From contig OX597835.1 in assembly GCA_951406725.2 (NCBI GenBank), forward strand, positions 10,850,001 through 10,914,000: 64,000 nt of DNA. Direction: 5' to 3'. How positions within the stretch are numbered: position 1 is the stretch's first letter; every line of letters starts with the position of its first letter. The position numbers and the translations under genes were made by a program. Below are positions 1-13,791 of this stretch, in pieces. Under the pieces are notes generated by a model, which was not told the origin of the DNA, searched no databases, and was given only the letters and a program-made list of their open reading frames with translations. The stretch is from Octopus vulgaris. Its lineage: Eukaryota.

Positions 1-210
1 TTTTTTCTCTCTTTTTACTTGTTTCAGTCATTTGACTGTGGCCATGCTGGAGCACCGCCTTTAGTCGAGCAAATCGACCCCGGGACTTATTCTTTGTAAG
101 CCCAGTACTTATTCTATCGGTCTCTTTTGCCGAACCGCTAAGTGATGGGGACGTAAACACACCAGCATTGGCTGTCAAGCAATGCTAGGGGGACAAACAC
201 AGACACACAA

Positions 211-274
<64 letters not shown>

Positions 275-431
275 GACAGGCTTCTTTCAGTTTCTGTCTA
301 CCCAATCCACTCACAAGGCATTGGTCGGCCCGGGGCTATAGCTGAAGTCACTTGCCCAAGATGCCGCACAGTGGGACTGAACCCAGAACCATGTGGTTGG
401 TTAGCAAGCTACTTACCACACAGCCACTCCT
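1..431 (-). mobile_element. SINE family A (tRNA-like head, CORE-like segment, central (TA/CA)n, AGTAAA-type tail), near full length
   Basis: Minus strand reads AGGAGTGGCTGTGTGGTAAG (A-box-like)...GGTTCAGTCCC (B-box-like)...CTTGGGCAAG...microsatellite...GGCGGTGCTCCAGCATGGCCACAGTCAAATGACTGAAACAAGTAAAAAG; near-identical copies at 4611, 23806, 43345, 44275, 47872. Confidence 0.9.
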
Positions 432-719
432 ATATATATAAAATATGTGTATATATATAGGAATAAAACATATATACATGAAATATATATATTTCATGTA
501 TATATTTATATACAATGCATACACACACTTATACATATTATATATGTGTATATATCTGTGCATGGATGTATATATTAGATTTTTGAATCAAAGATCAAAC
601 AGAAAGGAATCCGGAGAGGACGCAATATGAGCTAAAGATAAGAGAAAAGTTTGGAATTAGCAGAAATGAAGATTCCTCACTGGAATGGTAAATCGGTAAA
701 ATAGAACAAAGTGCTTGCA

Positions 720-1050
<331 letters not shown>

Positions 1051-1551
1051 ATGCATTTATACACCCACACCCACCCGCATATATAATATACATATATCAG
1101 CAAGCACATGCATGCACAATAACTTGCAAGAATGCCCTTCTGTTAAGCATTGATAGTAATAATACTAACAACAACAACAACAAGAACAACAACATGAACC
1201 TATGTTGAAACATGGGATGTGTTTTTAAAATCTATGACAAAATATCTTGTTTTTCTACACCCCTCATCCAGTGTTTTAGATGTTTACCATCTTTGGAATT
1301 TTAGAGAATTTTTTTTCATGAACAGTTTTTCTTTCTAACACAAGAATCTAACTTTGTTATGAGGATAAATGCAAAGATTTTCAAGAAAACGGATTAGAGA
1401 AGAAAATGAAGAAAATTTTAGAAAATATATATCATGTTTAAAAGAGTAGAAAATGATAAAATAAAATAATATTTCGTTAAATTTACATGTATATATATAT
1501 ATAAATATAAGTATATATACATACATATATATGTGTGCATGTGTTTGTGCA

Positions 1552-1552
<1 letters not shown>

Positions 1553-1582
<30 letters not shown>

Positions 1583-1640
1583 TGTATGTATGTATGTATG
1601 TATGTATGTATGTATGTATGTATGTATGTATGTATGTATG

Positions 1641-1674
<34 letters not shown>

Positions 1675-1706
1675 TCTATCTGTCTCTCTCTGTCTGTCTG
1701 TCTGTC

Positions 1707-1775
<69 letters not shown>
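1553..1775. repeat. Compound microsatellite (TATG)n-(TGTC)n-(TATC)n-(TC)n-(TA)n
   Basis: Direct reading. Confidence 0.95.
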
Positions 1776-1780
<5 letters not shown>

Positions 1781-2106
1781 TGTACATATATATATGTTTG
1801 GGTTCGTGATACATATAAAATGTATATATGTTTGTGTAAGATGTCCACCAAAACTCACTTATATGTATATATGTATGGAGACTCACGCATACACACACTC
1901 ATATATGTAGTATGTGTGTGTATTTATATATACTCATTGGTTATATTGTGGAGTTAGAAGGAGAGAATGAGATGTTCTAGTTTAAGAAAAAATAAATATG
2001 TGTATACATATGTATGTGTGCATGCACAAGCGTGTATATATGTGTGCATATATATATATATATATATGCAAGAATGGATGCATGTGTATGTATATACACA
2101 CACATA

Positions 2107-2463
2107 TTTTACTTGTTTTTTCATTAGACTGTGGCCATACTGGAGCACCACCTTCAAGAACATATAGTCAAATGAGTCAAGGCCAGAACTTATTTCTTTT
2201 GAAGACTTCTATCAGTCTCTTTTGCTGAACTGCTAACTCATATAGTCATAAAAAACCCACTCCCAGTTTTCAAGCAGTGGTGGAGGACAAACACAGACAT
2301 CTAGACTCACACACACACATATGTATACGATGGGCTTCTTTCAGTTTCTACCTACCAAATCCACTCATAAGGCTTTGGTGAGCCTAGAGCTTTAGTAGGA
2401 GATACTTGGCGAAGTGGGATTGAACCCAGAATCATGTAATTGGGAAGCAAGCTTCTCACCACT
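2107..2463 (-). mobile_element. SINE family A, diverged copy
   Basis: Colinear with 1-431 with many substitutions. Confidence 0.8.
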
Positions 2464-2756
2464 ATATGCACTTATATTTCATCAACATCATTATCTTGCT
2501 GCCATTTTCTATGTTGGAATTGGTCAGCTGGAGAGTCCCAGAGCATTTCTATTCTTTGATGCTTTTACCATTCTCCCAGACAAGATGATGGTCAACGTGT
2601 CTTTGAGTCATTCAATTTTGGTGTGGTTTCTATGCTTGGATTCCATTTTTACCACTAACCGTTTTACAGAACACACTGGCATCGTCTCTAATTGTGCAGA
2701 GTCCAGTCTAAGACAAAATAGTTTTCTCTACTTCATCTTTTGTGTTGTTTCAATTA

Positions 2757-3490
2757 TTGCACTGTGACCATGCTGGGGCATTGCTTCAAAGGGGTCAGTG
2801 GAACAAATCGACCCCAGTACTTACTTTTTAAGCCTAATACAAGTTCTGCTAGTCTCTCTTGCTAAACTACTATGTTACGGGGACAAAAACAAACCAAGTG
2901 GTGGTGGGGACAAACACAAAGGGAAACGTGTGCATATGATGATGATGATGATGATCGTTTAACGTCCGTTTTCCGTGCTAGCATGGGTTGGACGGTTCGA
3001 CCTGGGTCTGGGAAGCCAGGGGCTGCACCAGGCTCCAGTCTGATCTGGCAGAGTTTCTACAGCTGGATACCCTTCCTAACGCCAACCACTCCGCAAGTGT
3101 AGTGGGTGCTTTTTACGTGCCACCTGCATAGGTGCCAGGGGGGTCCGGCATTGGCCACGATCGGTTGGAGCTTTTAACGTGCCACCAGCACGGAAGCCAG
3201 ACAAGACGGCGCTGGCAACGGCCACGTTCGGATGGTGCTTTTTATGTGCCACCGGGGGTGGCGCTGGTATCGGCCACGTTCGGATGGTGCTTTTTATGTG
3301 CCACCGGCACAGATATCACAACTACTATTTCCATTGATATATATATATTCATATATACATATACTTGTGATGAGCTTCTTTCAGCCTCCATCTCCCAGAT
3401 CCACTCGAGGCTTTAGTCAACCCAAGGCTATATTAGAAGACATATCCAAGGTGCCAAATACAGAGATTGAACCTGAGACCACGTGTTTAT
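2757..3490 (-). mobile_element. SINE family A, diverged, split by a family B insertion
   Basis: 3' half at ~2757-2920, 5' half at ~3370-3490. Confidence 0.7.
2937..3335 (-). mobile_element. SINE-like family B (tandem ~62-bp units, GGAGTGGTTGGCGTTAGGAAGGGCATCCAG core, (GAT)n tail)
   Basis: Matches copies at 4159, 28380, 33330, 57015. Confidence 0.85.
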
Positions 3491-3590
3491 TGACTATTGA
3501 ATGCAGGCATAAAATGTAAGTGATGACCAAGAGTATTGATACGAAGCAGAGTGACTGGAGGAAGAGAGGTGGGTTAGAAGAGTAATGAGG

Positions 3591-3635
<45 letters not shown>

Positions 3636-4014
3636 ATAGACAGCTATATGCTGGTTGTTTGTAATGAAATGGAATAGGAAAAAACAGCATGGGTTGTGTG
3701 ATGGTGAAAGGGGGAGTGATTGGTTGGAGAGGATGTTGAAAGGCAGGGAGAGGAAGAGGTAGAGGAGGGAGATACATGTGAGAGATGGAGAGAGGGGGAG
3801 TAATGGACAGCAGTATAGGTGAGTAATTAGGGGAATATCAGTGAAGGGGACAGAGACGGGGGCAGAGTATGTGAAGACTAACAGTGAAGAAGGACGAAGG
3901 TGGGAGGCAGTGAATGTAGACAGATTCATTGCCATCTCACATTATGTCTCACAGGCATCATGATGGCCAAGAGGAAAAGTGATAAAGGGTGATGGAGAAA
4001 GAGAGTGTTATAAA

Positions 4015-4352
4015 GTGTGGCTGTGTGGTAAGGAGTTTGCTTCCCAACCACATGGCTATGGGTTCAGTCCCACTACATGACAACTTTGGCAAGTGTCTTC
4101 TACTAATGCCTCGAGAGTGGATTTGGTAAACAGAGTTTGAAGAAAGCCCATGATATATGCCGGTGGCCCGTAAAAAGTACCCACTACATTCTCACGGAGT
4201 GGTTGGCGTTAGGAAGGGCATCCAGCTGTAGAAACACTGCCAGATCAGACTGGAGCCTGGTGCAGCCTTCTGGCTTCCCAGATCCCTGGTCGAACCGTCC
4301 AACCCATGCTAGCATGGAAAACGGACGTTAAATGATGATGATGATGATCATG

Positions 4353-4387
<35 letters not shown>

Positions 4388-4610
4388 CTTGTCTTTCTGT
4401 ATGTGTTTGTCTCGCATCACTGCTTGACAACCGGTGTTGGTGTGTTTACATCCCTGTAACTTAGCAGTTCAGCAAAAGAGACCAGTAGAATAAGTACTGG
4501 GCTTTACAAAATTAATTAAAAGTACTGAGTTCAATAAGTTTGACTAAAGTTCTTCAAGGCATTGCCCCAACATGGCCACAGTCTGATGAGTGAAAGAAGT
4601 ATAAAGTAAA
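4015..4610 (+). mobile_element. SINE family A, diverged, interrupted by family B
   Basis: Head GTGTGGCTGTGTGGTAAG at 4015; 3' half resumes after 4360. Confidence 0.8.
4159..4348 (+). mobile_element. Family B, 5'-truncated, with 10-bp TSD CATGATATAT
   Basis: TSD at 4149-4158 and 4349-4358; (GAT)n tail. Confidence 0.9.
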
Positions 4611-4779
4611 GGCACAGGAGTGACTGTGTGGTAAGTAGCTTGCTTACCAACCACATAGTTCTGGGTTCAGTCCCACTGCGTGGCACCTTGGGCAAGTGTC
4701 TTCTACTATAGTCTCGGGACGACCAATGCCTTGTGAGTGGATTTGGTAGACGGAAACTGAAACAAGCCTGTCGTATATA

Positions 4780-4824
<45 letters not shown>

Positions 4825-5054
4825 ATATGTTTGTGTGTCTGTGTTTGTCCCCCTAGCATCACTTGACAACCAATCCTGGTGTGTTTATGTCCCTGTCACT
4901 TAGCGGTTCGGCAAAAGAGACCGATAGAATAAGTACTGGGCTTACAAAGAATAAGTCCCGGGATCGATTTGCTCGACTAAAGGTGGTGCTCCAGCATGGT
5001 CGCAGTCAAATGACTGAAACAAGTAAAAGTAAAAATAAAGTAAAGGATAAAGTA
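4611..5054 (+). mobile_element. SINE family A, full length
   Basis: Head GGCACAGGAGTGACTGTGTGG through tail AAGTAAAAGTAAAAATAAAG. Confidence 0.9.
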
Positions 5055-5055
5055 G

Positions 5056-5291
5056 AGGCGCAATGGCCTAGTGGTTAGGGCAGCGGACTCGCGGTCGCAG
5101 GATCGCGGTTTCGATTCTCAGACCGGGCGTTGTGTGTGTTTATTGAGCGAAAACACCTAAAAGCTCTACGAGGCTCCGGCAGGGGGTGGTGATCCCTGCT
5201 GTACTCTTTCACCACAATGGCGGTGCCCCAGCATGGCCACAGCTCAAGAGCTGAAACTGGAAAAACAAAAACAAAAACAAAACAAAACAAA
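5056..5291 (+). mobile_element. tRNA-derived SINE family C
   Basis: A-box TGGCCTAGTGG, B-box-like GTTTCGATTCT; 3' end GGCGGTGCCCCAGCATGGCC...CTGAAAC shared with family A; (CAAAA)n tail. Confidence 0.85.
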
Positions 5292-5649
5292 TAAATGGAT
5301 ATCAGTCTGCAGTTCTACAAGACTCATTGTTGGAACCGAGCAAGAGAGAGGAATGGAGAAGGCAAGAACTGAAGACTGAACCAAATGTAAACATGTACAC
5401 ACCCAACCCCATCAATAAAACTGTTTTTGGCACTGTTTTGTCATGTTTGTATTGGTGGCCATGGGTGGGTTTCCCCTCAAACACCCTGTAACAACATGCA
5501 TCACGGTTCTTTGCCATCTTCTTCATGAGTTCCACCTACTCGGAAACTGTCATAACCACTTCGTAACCTAACTTCTTTGATCTCCGTCTTCTCTATGTTC
5601 TGTTCCCCCTTCAAGGGCTTAGCACTTCTTATTACACAAAAGAACAAGG

Positions 5650-5955
5650 ATGTGTGTGTATATACATCCATATGTGTATATGCATGTGTCTGTGTATGTG
5701 TGTGTGTGTATGTGTTTGTGTGTGTGTATGTATGTATGTATATATATATATATGTATATACACACACACACACACATATAGATATACACATTTATGCATG
5801 CATACAAATATACATTTTGTATACATATATATGTGTGTGTGTATATGCATACATATATTCTATATATATGTATGTATACATATATATATGTACTATATAT
5901 ATATATATATATTCACACACATACGCCTACATGTGTAAATATGTATGTAAAAATA

Positions 5956-6002
<47 letters not shown>

Positions 6003-6158
6003 AATGTACACACACACATCTATATGTATATAAGTATCTAAGAAAAGCAATGTATATGTGTGTGTGTGTATGTATGTATGTATGTATGCATATATGTAAT
6101 GTGTAATGTGTATGTTTGTATATGTATGTATATCTATTATTAAATGCACCTAAGTATT

Positions 6159-6221
<63 letters not shown>

Positions 6222-6573
6222 TATATATATATGTATAGATATTGCCTTTATATCATCATGAGCATCATCATCATCATCATCATCATTGATGTATGTTAGC
6301 TAAATGCAAAATCTACAGAGGCTGGTGAATAGCATCCATGCATTCTAACGAAGTAATAGTGATAAGGACCACTTTTGCACAATATATTCTTGTGCAATTG
6401 CTCCAAGCTCACGATTAGCAAGAATCTGTTGCACCGCCATTAAATCGATTGTGGGTTTTGTTAACAGTTTTCTTTCCCCCCTTATCATTGAAATGCTATT
6501 CAAATATTCATATGTATATGTTTGAGTGTGTATTTATGAATGTATGTCTCTGTTTGTGTGTGTCTGTATGTAA

Positions 6574-6616
<43 letters not shown>

Positions 6617-7151
6617 TATATATATATGCATGTATATGAATATATATATATATATATGTATATATATATGAATGTAAATGAATATATATATTTATGAATG
6701 TGTATCTATATATGTATACAAATATGCATTTATATGAATATATATTTAAGTATATATATATATATATATATACATATACATATGCATATATATGAATATG
6801 TATTTATGTATGTGTATAGATATATATATATATGCATGTATATGTATATATATTTATATGTATATACATATAAATATATACATTTATATGTATGCATACA
6901 TACATATATATGCTTATTATATATGTATGCTTATGTATGTGTGCATATATATATGTATATATATGTGTATACATGTGCGTACGTGATTTAGGTGTTTTTT
7001 GTCAATGTACGAGTGTATGTAAGTATACTTGTATACTTCTGAGTATAGACTTATAAATGTATGTCCATATGTATGTTTATATGTAACAGTATTCTCATAT
7101 TGTTGTATATTTATTATACTTATGTGTATAAGTGTTTTTTATGTATGTGTG

Positions 7152-7200
<49 letters not shown>

Positions 7201-7210
7201 GTATAGATTG
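5650..7210. repeat. Degenerate (TA)/(TG)/(CA) microsatellite field
   Basis: Direct reading; short unique spacer at ~6240-6500. Confidence 0.9.
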
Positions 7211-7700
7211 ATACACACACATACATATAGTGTTGGCATGTACTCTTGCTTAATATTTTGTAATCTTTTATAATTGAATTGGATTTTTAAAAATATATTC
7301 ACTCTGAAGATATCTTCCTGCTTTTTGTGTCTCTACCCCATTACTACCCGGAATTCTGTACCTGCAATCATTTACATACACCTATAATCACACACACACA
7401 CCTATATCTAAATATATATGTGCCGGTGTGTGTGTGTGTGTGCATGCATACATATGCATATGCACCTCCATGCATATTTTGAATACCTTAAATTAATATT
7501 TTAATTATTAAACACCGATGCATTTCTAAGATTTTGACAAATAATCAATAACCAATAACCATCACCATCACCATCACCTTCCTCACCCTCCTCCTCCTCC
7601 TCATCATCATCATCATCACCATGATGATCATCATCATCATCTCTACAACTATTACTGTCTTCACCCTCATTTGCATTGTGAAATTGAAAATTTTTAACAA

Positions 7701-8048
<348 letters not shown>

Positions 8049-8511
8049 CATAATGATAGTGATAATACAACTACTACTATTGTTACCACCATTGTTATGA
8101 TAATTAGAATAACGACTACAGCATCTTGTCAATTAGCGTATCACTGTTTTCATTTCAACCTTTCTATCCTTCATCTGCACACACATACACACACACACGC
8201 ACACACATGCACACATATGCACACATACACTTTCTTTTACATACCCCTGTGCATATGTACATAAACCTGTACTCTCTCTCTGTCTCTCACTCGTTCATAC
8301 ACACACACACACACACACCCTTACATATGTGTACTCCTAGTTATACCTACATACATATTTTCACATGCACACACAAACATACACACACCTGCACATACAC
8401 ATATATATCACACTCACACACACATATATACACACCAATATATACTCACACACTGTCATACACACATATACATACACACATATACACACCTCTGTCCACA
8501 CATGCACAAAC

Positions 8512-8544
<33 letters not shown>

Positions 8545-9049
8545 GCACTCAAACATACATACCTCTATAAACACACACATATTCAGAAACACAAACACGT
8601 ACTTTCACTCTCTCACACACACACACACACACTTGCAAATATATGTAGGCACACCATAATCACACATACATATACACACACACTCAAGTCCCAAAATATC
8701 CTCGTGACCAAACAATTCATTCAGAATTTAAAAATTTTTATTTTTAAAAAACAATTTTCAGGAAACAATTTAGAACGTACATTCAGCAACGATTCCTCTT
8801 TACTCCATCCCCGACAATTTTGTCTCAAAGATAGGTAAACACGGTGAGCTCTGGCCAAACCGGAGCCACCAGAGTTTTGTGAGGGATAAACTACTTTCTA
8901 ACTTGGTTCATTTTGCAGATGAATTTTTGTAAGAACCATGTTAGATGTTTAAAGGAGACAATTTGTTGGTGTTGTTGCTATTGCTGTTACCATGGTGAAT
9001 AGACCTATGGCCAAAATGATTCTAGCTATGGTTATCAAGTCTTTAGAAA

Positions 9050-9270
9050 CAGGAGTGGCTTTGTGGTAAGTAGCTTGCTTACCAACCACATGGTTCTGGG
9101 TTCATTCCCACTGCGTGGCACCTTGGGCAAGTGTATCCTATTATAGCCTCGGTCCGACCAAAGCCTTGTGAGTGGATTTGTTAGACGGAAACTGAAAGAA
9201 GCCCATTGTATATATGTATATATATGTATCTGTGTGTATACGTTTGTGTGTCTGTGTTTGTCCCCCCCCC
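9050..9270 (+). mobile_element. SINE family A, 5' half
   Basis: CAGGAGTGGCTTTGTGGTAAG...GTGTTTGTCCCCC. Confidence 0.85.
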
Positions 9271-9354
9271 CACATCTATATATATATATATATATCGTCA
9301 TCTTTGTCGTCATCATCATCATCATTGTTTAGCATCTGCCTTCCATGCCGGCAT

Positions 9355-9800
9355 GGGTCCAGTGCTGCCTGACTGGCTCCTGTGCCAGTGGCATGTAAAA
9401 AGCACTATTCGAGCGTGGTTGATGCCAGTACTGCCTGACCAGTCCTCGTCCCAGTGGCACGTAAAAAGTGCCCACTCCACTCTTGGAATGGTTATCATTA
9501 GGAAGGACATCCAGCTGTAGAAACCTTGCCAGATCAGATCAGAGCCTGGTACAGCCTCTGACTTGCCAGTCCTCAGTCAAGCCATACAACACATACTGAC
9601 ATGGAAATCGGATGTTAAACGATGATGATGATCATGATATATATATGTGTGTGTATGGTTGGCATTAGGAAGGGCTGTAGAAACTTTGCCAGATCAGATT
9701 GGAGCCTGGTGCAGCCTTCTTGCTTTGCCAGTCCTCAGTCAAACTGTCCAACCCATGCCAGCATGGAAAGCAGATGTTAAACGACGACGACGGTGATGAT
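9355..9800 (+). mobile_element. Two tandem family B copies (9355-9635, 9655-9800)
   Basis: AGGAAGG..ATCCAGCTGTAGAAAC core (shortened in the second copy) and GAT/GAC tails. Confidence 0.8.
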
Positions 9801-10511
9801 AATAATATGAATTTGTTTCTGTTTCTGCCTACCAAATTCCCTAACAAGGCATTGGTTTGGCCCAGGGCTTTTATAGAAGGCATTTCTCTAAGGTGCCAAG
9901 TAGTGAAACTGAAATGAAAACTTTGTGTTTGGAAAGCTAATTCTTCACCACAAAGCAACACTTGCACCAATTATATAAGCATTTGTTGAATACATTCCAG
10001 TTGGGAATCAGCAACTTGGCACAAGGAAGTTGGGTTGCTGGGTGTGGCATGGAACAATTGATAAATTCTTCCTTTGATTGTTGGTCTTGAAGAATTGTAG
10101 AATGAGGAAGACAGTGGAGGTTATGGACGTAGATTTATTTCGACCAGACCACCATGTTATGATAAACACCCGTCACCACTCCTTTCCATCCGCCACCACC
10201 ACCACCGCCCCCCACTGCCACCTCCACCACCGTGCACCCCATTGCTTGCTTGCATAAGCTCCATGACAGACAGACGGACAGACAGCGAAATAATAACTCA
10301 ACTGCTTCATTGAAAGCCAGTGAATTGCATTCATTGCAAAATTGTTGTCTTTAATTATTTCTAAATTAATTGATTCAGAACTCAATTAACTGATTGCTAA
10401 TTAATTTGTTTATAGTCGGTTGTTTTTGTTGACTGTGAGAAATGTCTAAGAGTTTCTCTGTTGGCAACATGGCAAAGACATGTAAGTCATCTCTCACTGT
10501 CTCATATCTCT

Positions 10512-10553
10512 ACCACCACCACCACCACCACCACCACCACCACCTCCACCACC

Positions 10554-10621
<68 letters not shown>
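10512..10621. repeat. (CAC)n-(TAC)n compound microsatellite
   Basis: Direct reading. Confidence 0.95.
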
Positions 10622-10623
<2 letters not shown>

Positions 10624-11208
10624 TTTATTTGCAACAACAGTAATAAATTGAGGCTATTAGATAGACAAAACACAGACAGCGGCTGTTGCAAATTCCAACA
10701 AAAATGCGCAGTAAGCAAAGAATTTGTCTTTTCTGGTGTTTAATGTATTTTTATTAGTCTTTGTTGTTCAAATTCATCCCACTGGCCATATTAAGCTATT
10801 TCCCTTTCAAATAAAAAAATGATAAATTTTGCAAATTACTCTTGGCTATAAATGTTCTTAAGACTTCTGTAATCATTGTGTATATATCTAAGTTCTTTGT
10901 TGACTGATCTAAAGACACAACGCCTGCTGTGCTAATGATGCCTTTTGAGGCAGAAACATGTATTAACAGCAGTACTTTTACTGAAAGACAATCATACTAT
11001 CTTTCACTTAATATTATGCCAGTTTCAGAGAATTTTTGATTCTTGAGATACTCCCTTGTCATTCAGCTTTGGTTCCAATTATTTGACCTTTTCTGGAAAC
11101 AAAAATAATTTCAACAAATCCCTCAAGTTTCTTGTGTGGTATTTAATATATCTTTATTCATTTTTGAGGTCCATAGTCATATCACTGGACAATAAAGTTA
11201 TCTATCTA

Positions 11209-11244
<36 letters not shown>

Positions 11245-11272
11245 TCTTTATATATGTACACATATACATGTA

Positions 11273-11678
11273 GCTTGCTAGGGGTACTAGGTCTGTGGGT
11301 AGACCGATCTTACGTTACAAGGATGTTTGCAAAAGGGACATGAAGGCCTGCAACATCAATATTAGCGTTTGGGAGGCAGTTGCCGGCAACCGTGGAGAAT
11401 GGCAACGTACCATAAAAGAGGGAATACAAAGGAGTGACAGAGAGAGAGAGGAGAAATGGAAAGAAAAGAAGAGACGTCAACAAGAGACTATGGCATTACA
11501 ACCAGCCAGGAACAGTCTTCGCTACATTTGCGGTACCTGCCAGATGGAGTGTTTGTCCAGGATAGGACTACACAGCCACAGCAGGAAATGTAACGACATG
11601 AAATATAAAAGCCGGACTAGACTACTTTATGCGCAACTCCATTGTCTCCCGAGACAGAAAGGATGCCAACCAACCAAC
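11273..11678 (+). mobile_element. RTE-clade (BovB-like) LINE 3' end, 5'-truncated
   Basis: ORF 11295: GRPILRYKDVCKRDMK...W...YICGTCQMECLSRIGLHSHSRKC (RTE C-terminus with CxxC...H..C zinc motif); (CAAC)n tail; candidate TSD ATACATGTA at 11264-11272 and 11679-11687. Confidence 0.85.
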
Positions 11679-11733
11679 ATACATGTATATACTGACATAT
11701 TTTGGTGGTTGAATGTATGTATAAGCATGCATG

Positions 11734-11895
11734 TATACAAACTTGTTACCTGTTCAAATATGCAAGGGATGTATTTGAACTTGTAAGAAAACCATTCACT
11801 GTTTTTCGTCAACTTGCAGTGCTCCTAACCAGACTAGTGGATGCAAGCATTTCAGAGTGTTTATCTTCTCTTCAGCACCAGATACTGGAAAGGTA
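11734..11895 (-). mobile_element. Penelope-like terminal-repeat fragment carrying a hammerhead motif
   Basis: Homologous to 12371-12644; contains the motif at 11834-11881. Confidence 0.65.
11834..11881 (-). ncRNA. Minimal type I hammerhead ribozyme motif
   Basis: Minus strand: CUGGUG CUGAAGA GAAG-auaaaca-CUCU GAAA UGCUUGCA UC CACUAG; stem I 6 bp, AUC triplet, stem II weakened by a mismatch. Confidence 0.7.
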
Positions 11896-12034
11896 GACAC
11901 TACTAACCAACAAGAGAGACAGCTCTCTGTTGTAATATTCTCATCATTCGTACTGTGACCATTTGCACTAGTTGGCGGCTCACTGTAAATAAAATATGGA
12001 ATGAAAGCGCTTAGCCAGAGTGTATTTTTTTTTT

Positions 12035-12357
12035 TTATTTTTACTTGTTTCAGTCATTTGACTGCGGCCATGCTGGAGCACCGCCTTTTAGTTGAGCAAA
12101 TCGACCCCAGTACTTATTCTTTGTAAGCCTAGTACTTGGGGGGACAAACACAGACACACAAACACACACACACACATATATATATATACATATGACAGGC
12201 TTCTTTCAGTTTCCGTCTACCAAATCCACTCACAAGGCATTGGTCGGCCCGAGGCAATAGTAGAAGACACTTTCCCAAGGTGCCACGCAGTGGGACTGAA
12301 CCCGGAACCGTGTGGTTGGTAAGCAGGCTACTTACCACACAGCCACTCCTGCGCCTA
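12035..12357 (-). mobile_element. SINE family A with internal deletion in the 3' half
   Basis: AGTACTT joins directly to GGGGGACAAAC, skipping sequence present in other copies. Confidence 0.85.
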
Positions 12358-12370
12358 TATAAATATATAA

Positions 12371-12644
12371 ATACAAACTTATTACCTGTTCAATATGCTT
12401 GGGGCATATTGGAAATCTTCATTGTATTTTGTTATGAAGAAAATTTCTCACTGTAGACAGGTGTAAACACATCAAATCTGTTTACTGGCCCTTTAACCAG
12501 ATTGGCGGATGCATGCATTTTGGAGTGGTTATCACCTCTTCAGCACCGGCTGTTTATGGCAAGGACAAAATACAGTGAATAGCTTTCTTACAGGTTCAAA
12601 TATACCTCAAGCATATTTGAACTGGTAACAAGTTTGTATGTATA
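12371..12644. mobile_element. Penelope-like fragment with inverted termini and a decayed hammerhead (12502-12549, minus)
   Basis: 12561-12644 is the reverse complement of 11734-11810 and of 12371-12430; minus-strand motif CCGGUG CUGAAGA GGUG-auaacca-CUCC AAAA UGCAUGCA UC CGCCAA (G12 mutated to A). Confidence 0.65.
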
Positions 12645-13131
12645 GATAGTGCTTTTGTTCCATATGTATGCTACTGCTTCTGCTGCTGTTGTTGTTGTTG
12701 TTGTTGTTACAGAAGTCATTCTAGCACCTAAGTGGGTTGCACTTATGTTTTGTAGAGGGTCGGTAAAAGATAGGGGAGGGATGAGGGATTTTTCTGCATC
12801 CAACATTTCCTGCTTAGGGAAATAAAAATGCAATCTTTGATTCATATCACCAACTTTATTGTTCCTTGCGATTCAAAGCTTATTGGCTATAAATGAATAA
12901 TGTTTAATGCTTAATGTATAATGCTTAATGTATAATGCTTAATATGTTACATTTAATTCTATTTATGCTTAAATAAACAAAATCAGTTGCTAGTTTCATG
13001 TATATGTATACACACACATAAATGCATAGACATATGTACATGTGCATAATTGCATACACATATATACATGTATATATGCATATATTATGTGTGTATATGT
13101 ATATATTTACATGTATGTGTATATGCATATA

Positions 13132-13175
<44 letters not shown>

Positions 13176-13626
13176 ATATATATATACACATATATAGGCA
13201 TATATGAATTTGTGTATACATTGTATAATGTATTTGTGTATATCTTTTACTAAGTTAATGGGATGTAAACAACCCAACACCAGTTGTTGAGCAATGTGGT
13301 GGACAAGCACAAAAGTACACACACATGTATATATGTGCATATATACATACATGTGTGTGTGTGTATATGTGTTTGTATATATATATCAGTGTGTGTGTGT
13401 ATATGTGTGTGTATATATATATATATATATAAGTGTGTATATATATATATATATATGTGTGAGTGTGTGTGTATATATATATATGTGTGTGTGTGTGTCT
13501 GTGTGTGTACTCGTATATATATTTGTCTAAGGTGCTGCGCAGGGGGACTGAACCTGAAACCACATGGTAGCAAAGCTTCTTAACTGTGCAACCATCCTTG
13601 TGCCTATATTCATATATGTAACATCT

Positions 13627-13657
<31 letters not shown>

Positions 13658-13759
13658 CATGTACAAAAGAGAATGTTTTTTTGTTTATATACAATTTTTT
13701 GTGTATGTATGTAAATGTATGTTTATACTAGATATATGTGTATAAGTCTTGTGTGTGTG

Positions 13760-13791
<32 letters not shown>

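Noticed and set aside
4582-4600. CTGATGAGTGAAA, a hammerhead-core lookalike
   Set aside because: It aligns to the mutated SINE A tail (CAGTCAAATGACTGAAAC); stems I and III are absent.
5056-5125. SINE heads (families C, E, F) as functional tRNA genes
   Set aside because: They lack a closing acceptor stem and run into repeat bodies.
5302-5580. Unique-looking minus-strand ORF (MELMKKMAKNRDACCYRVFEGK...)
   Set aside because: No recognisable domain or supported splice structure.
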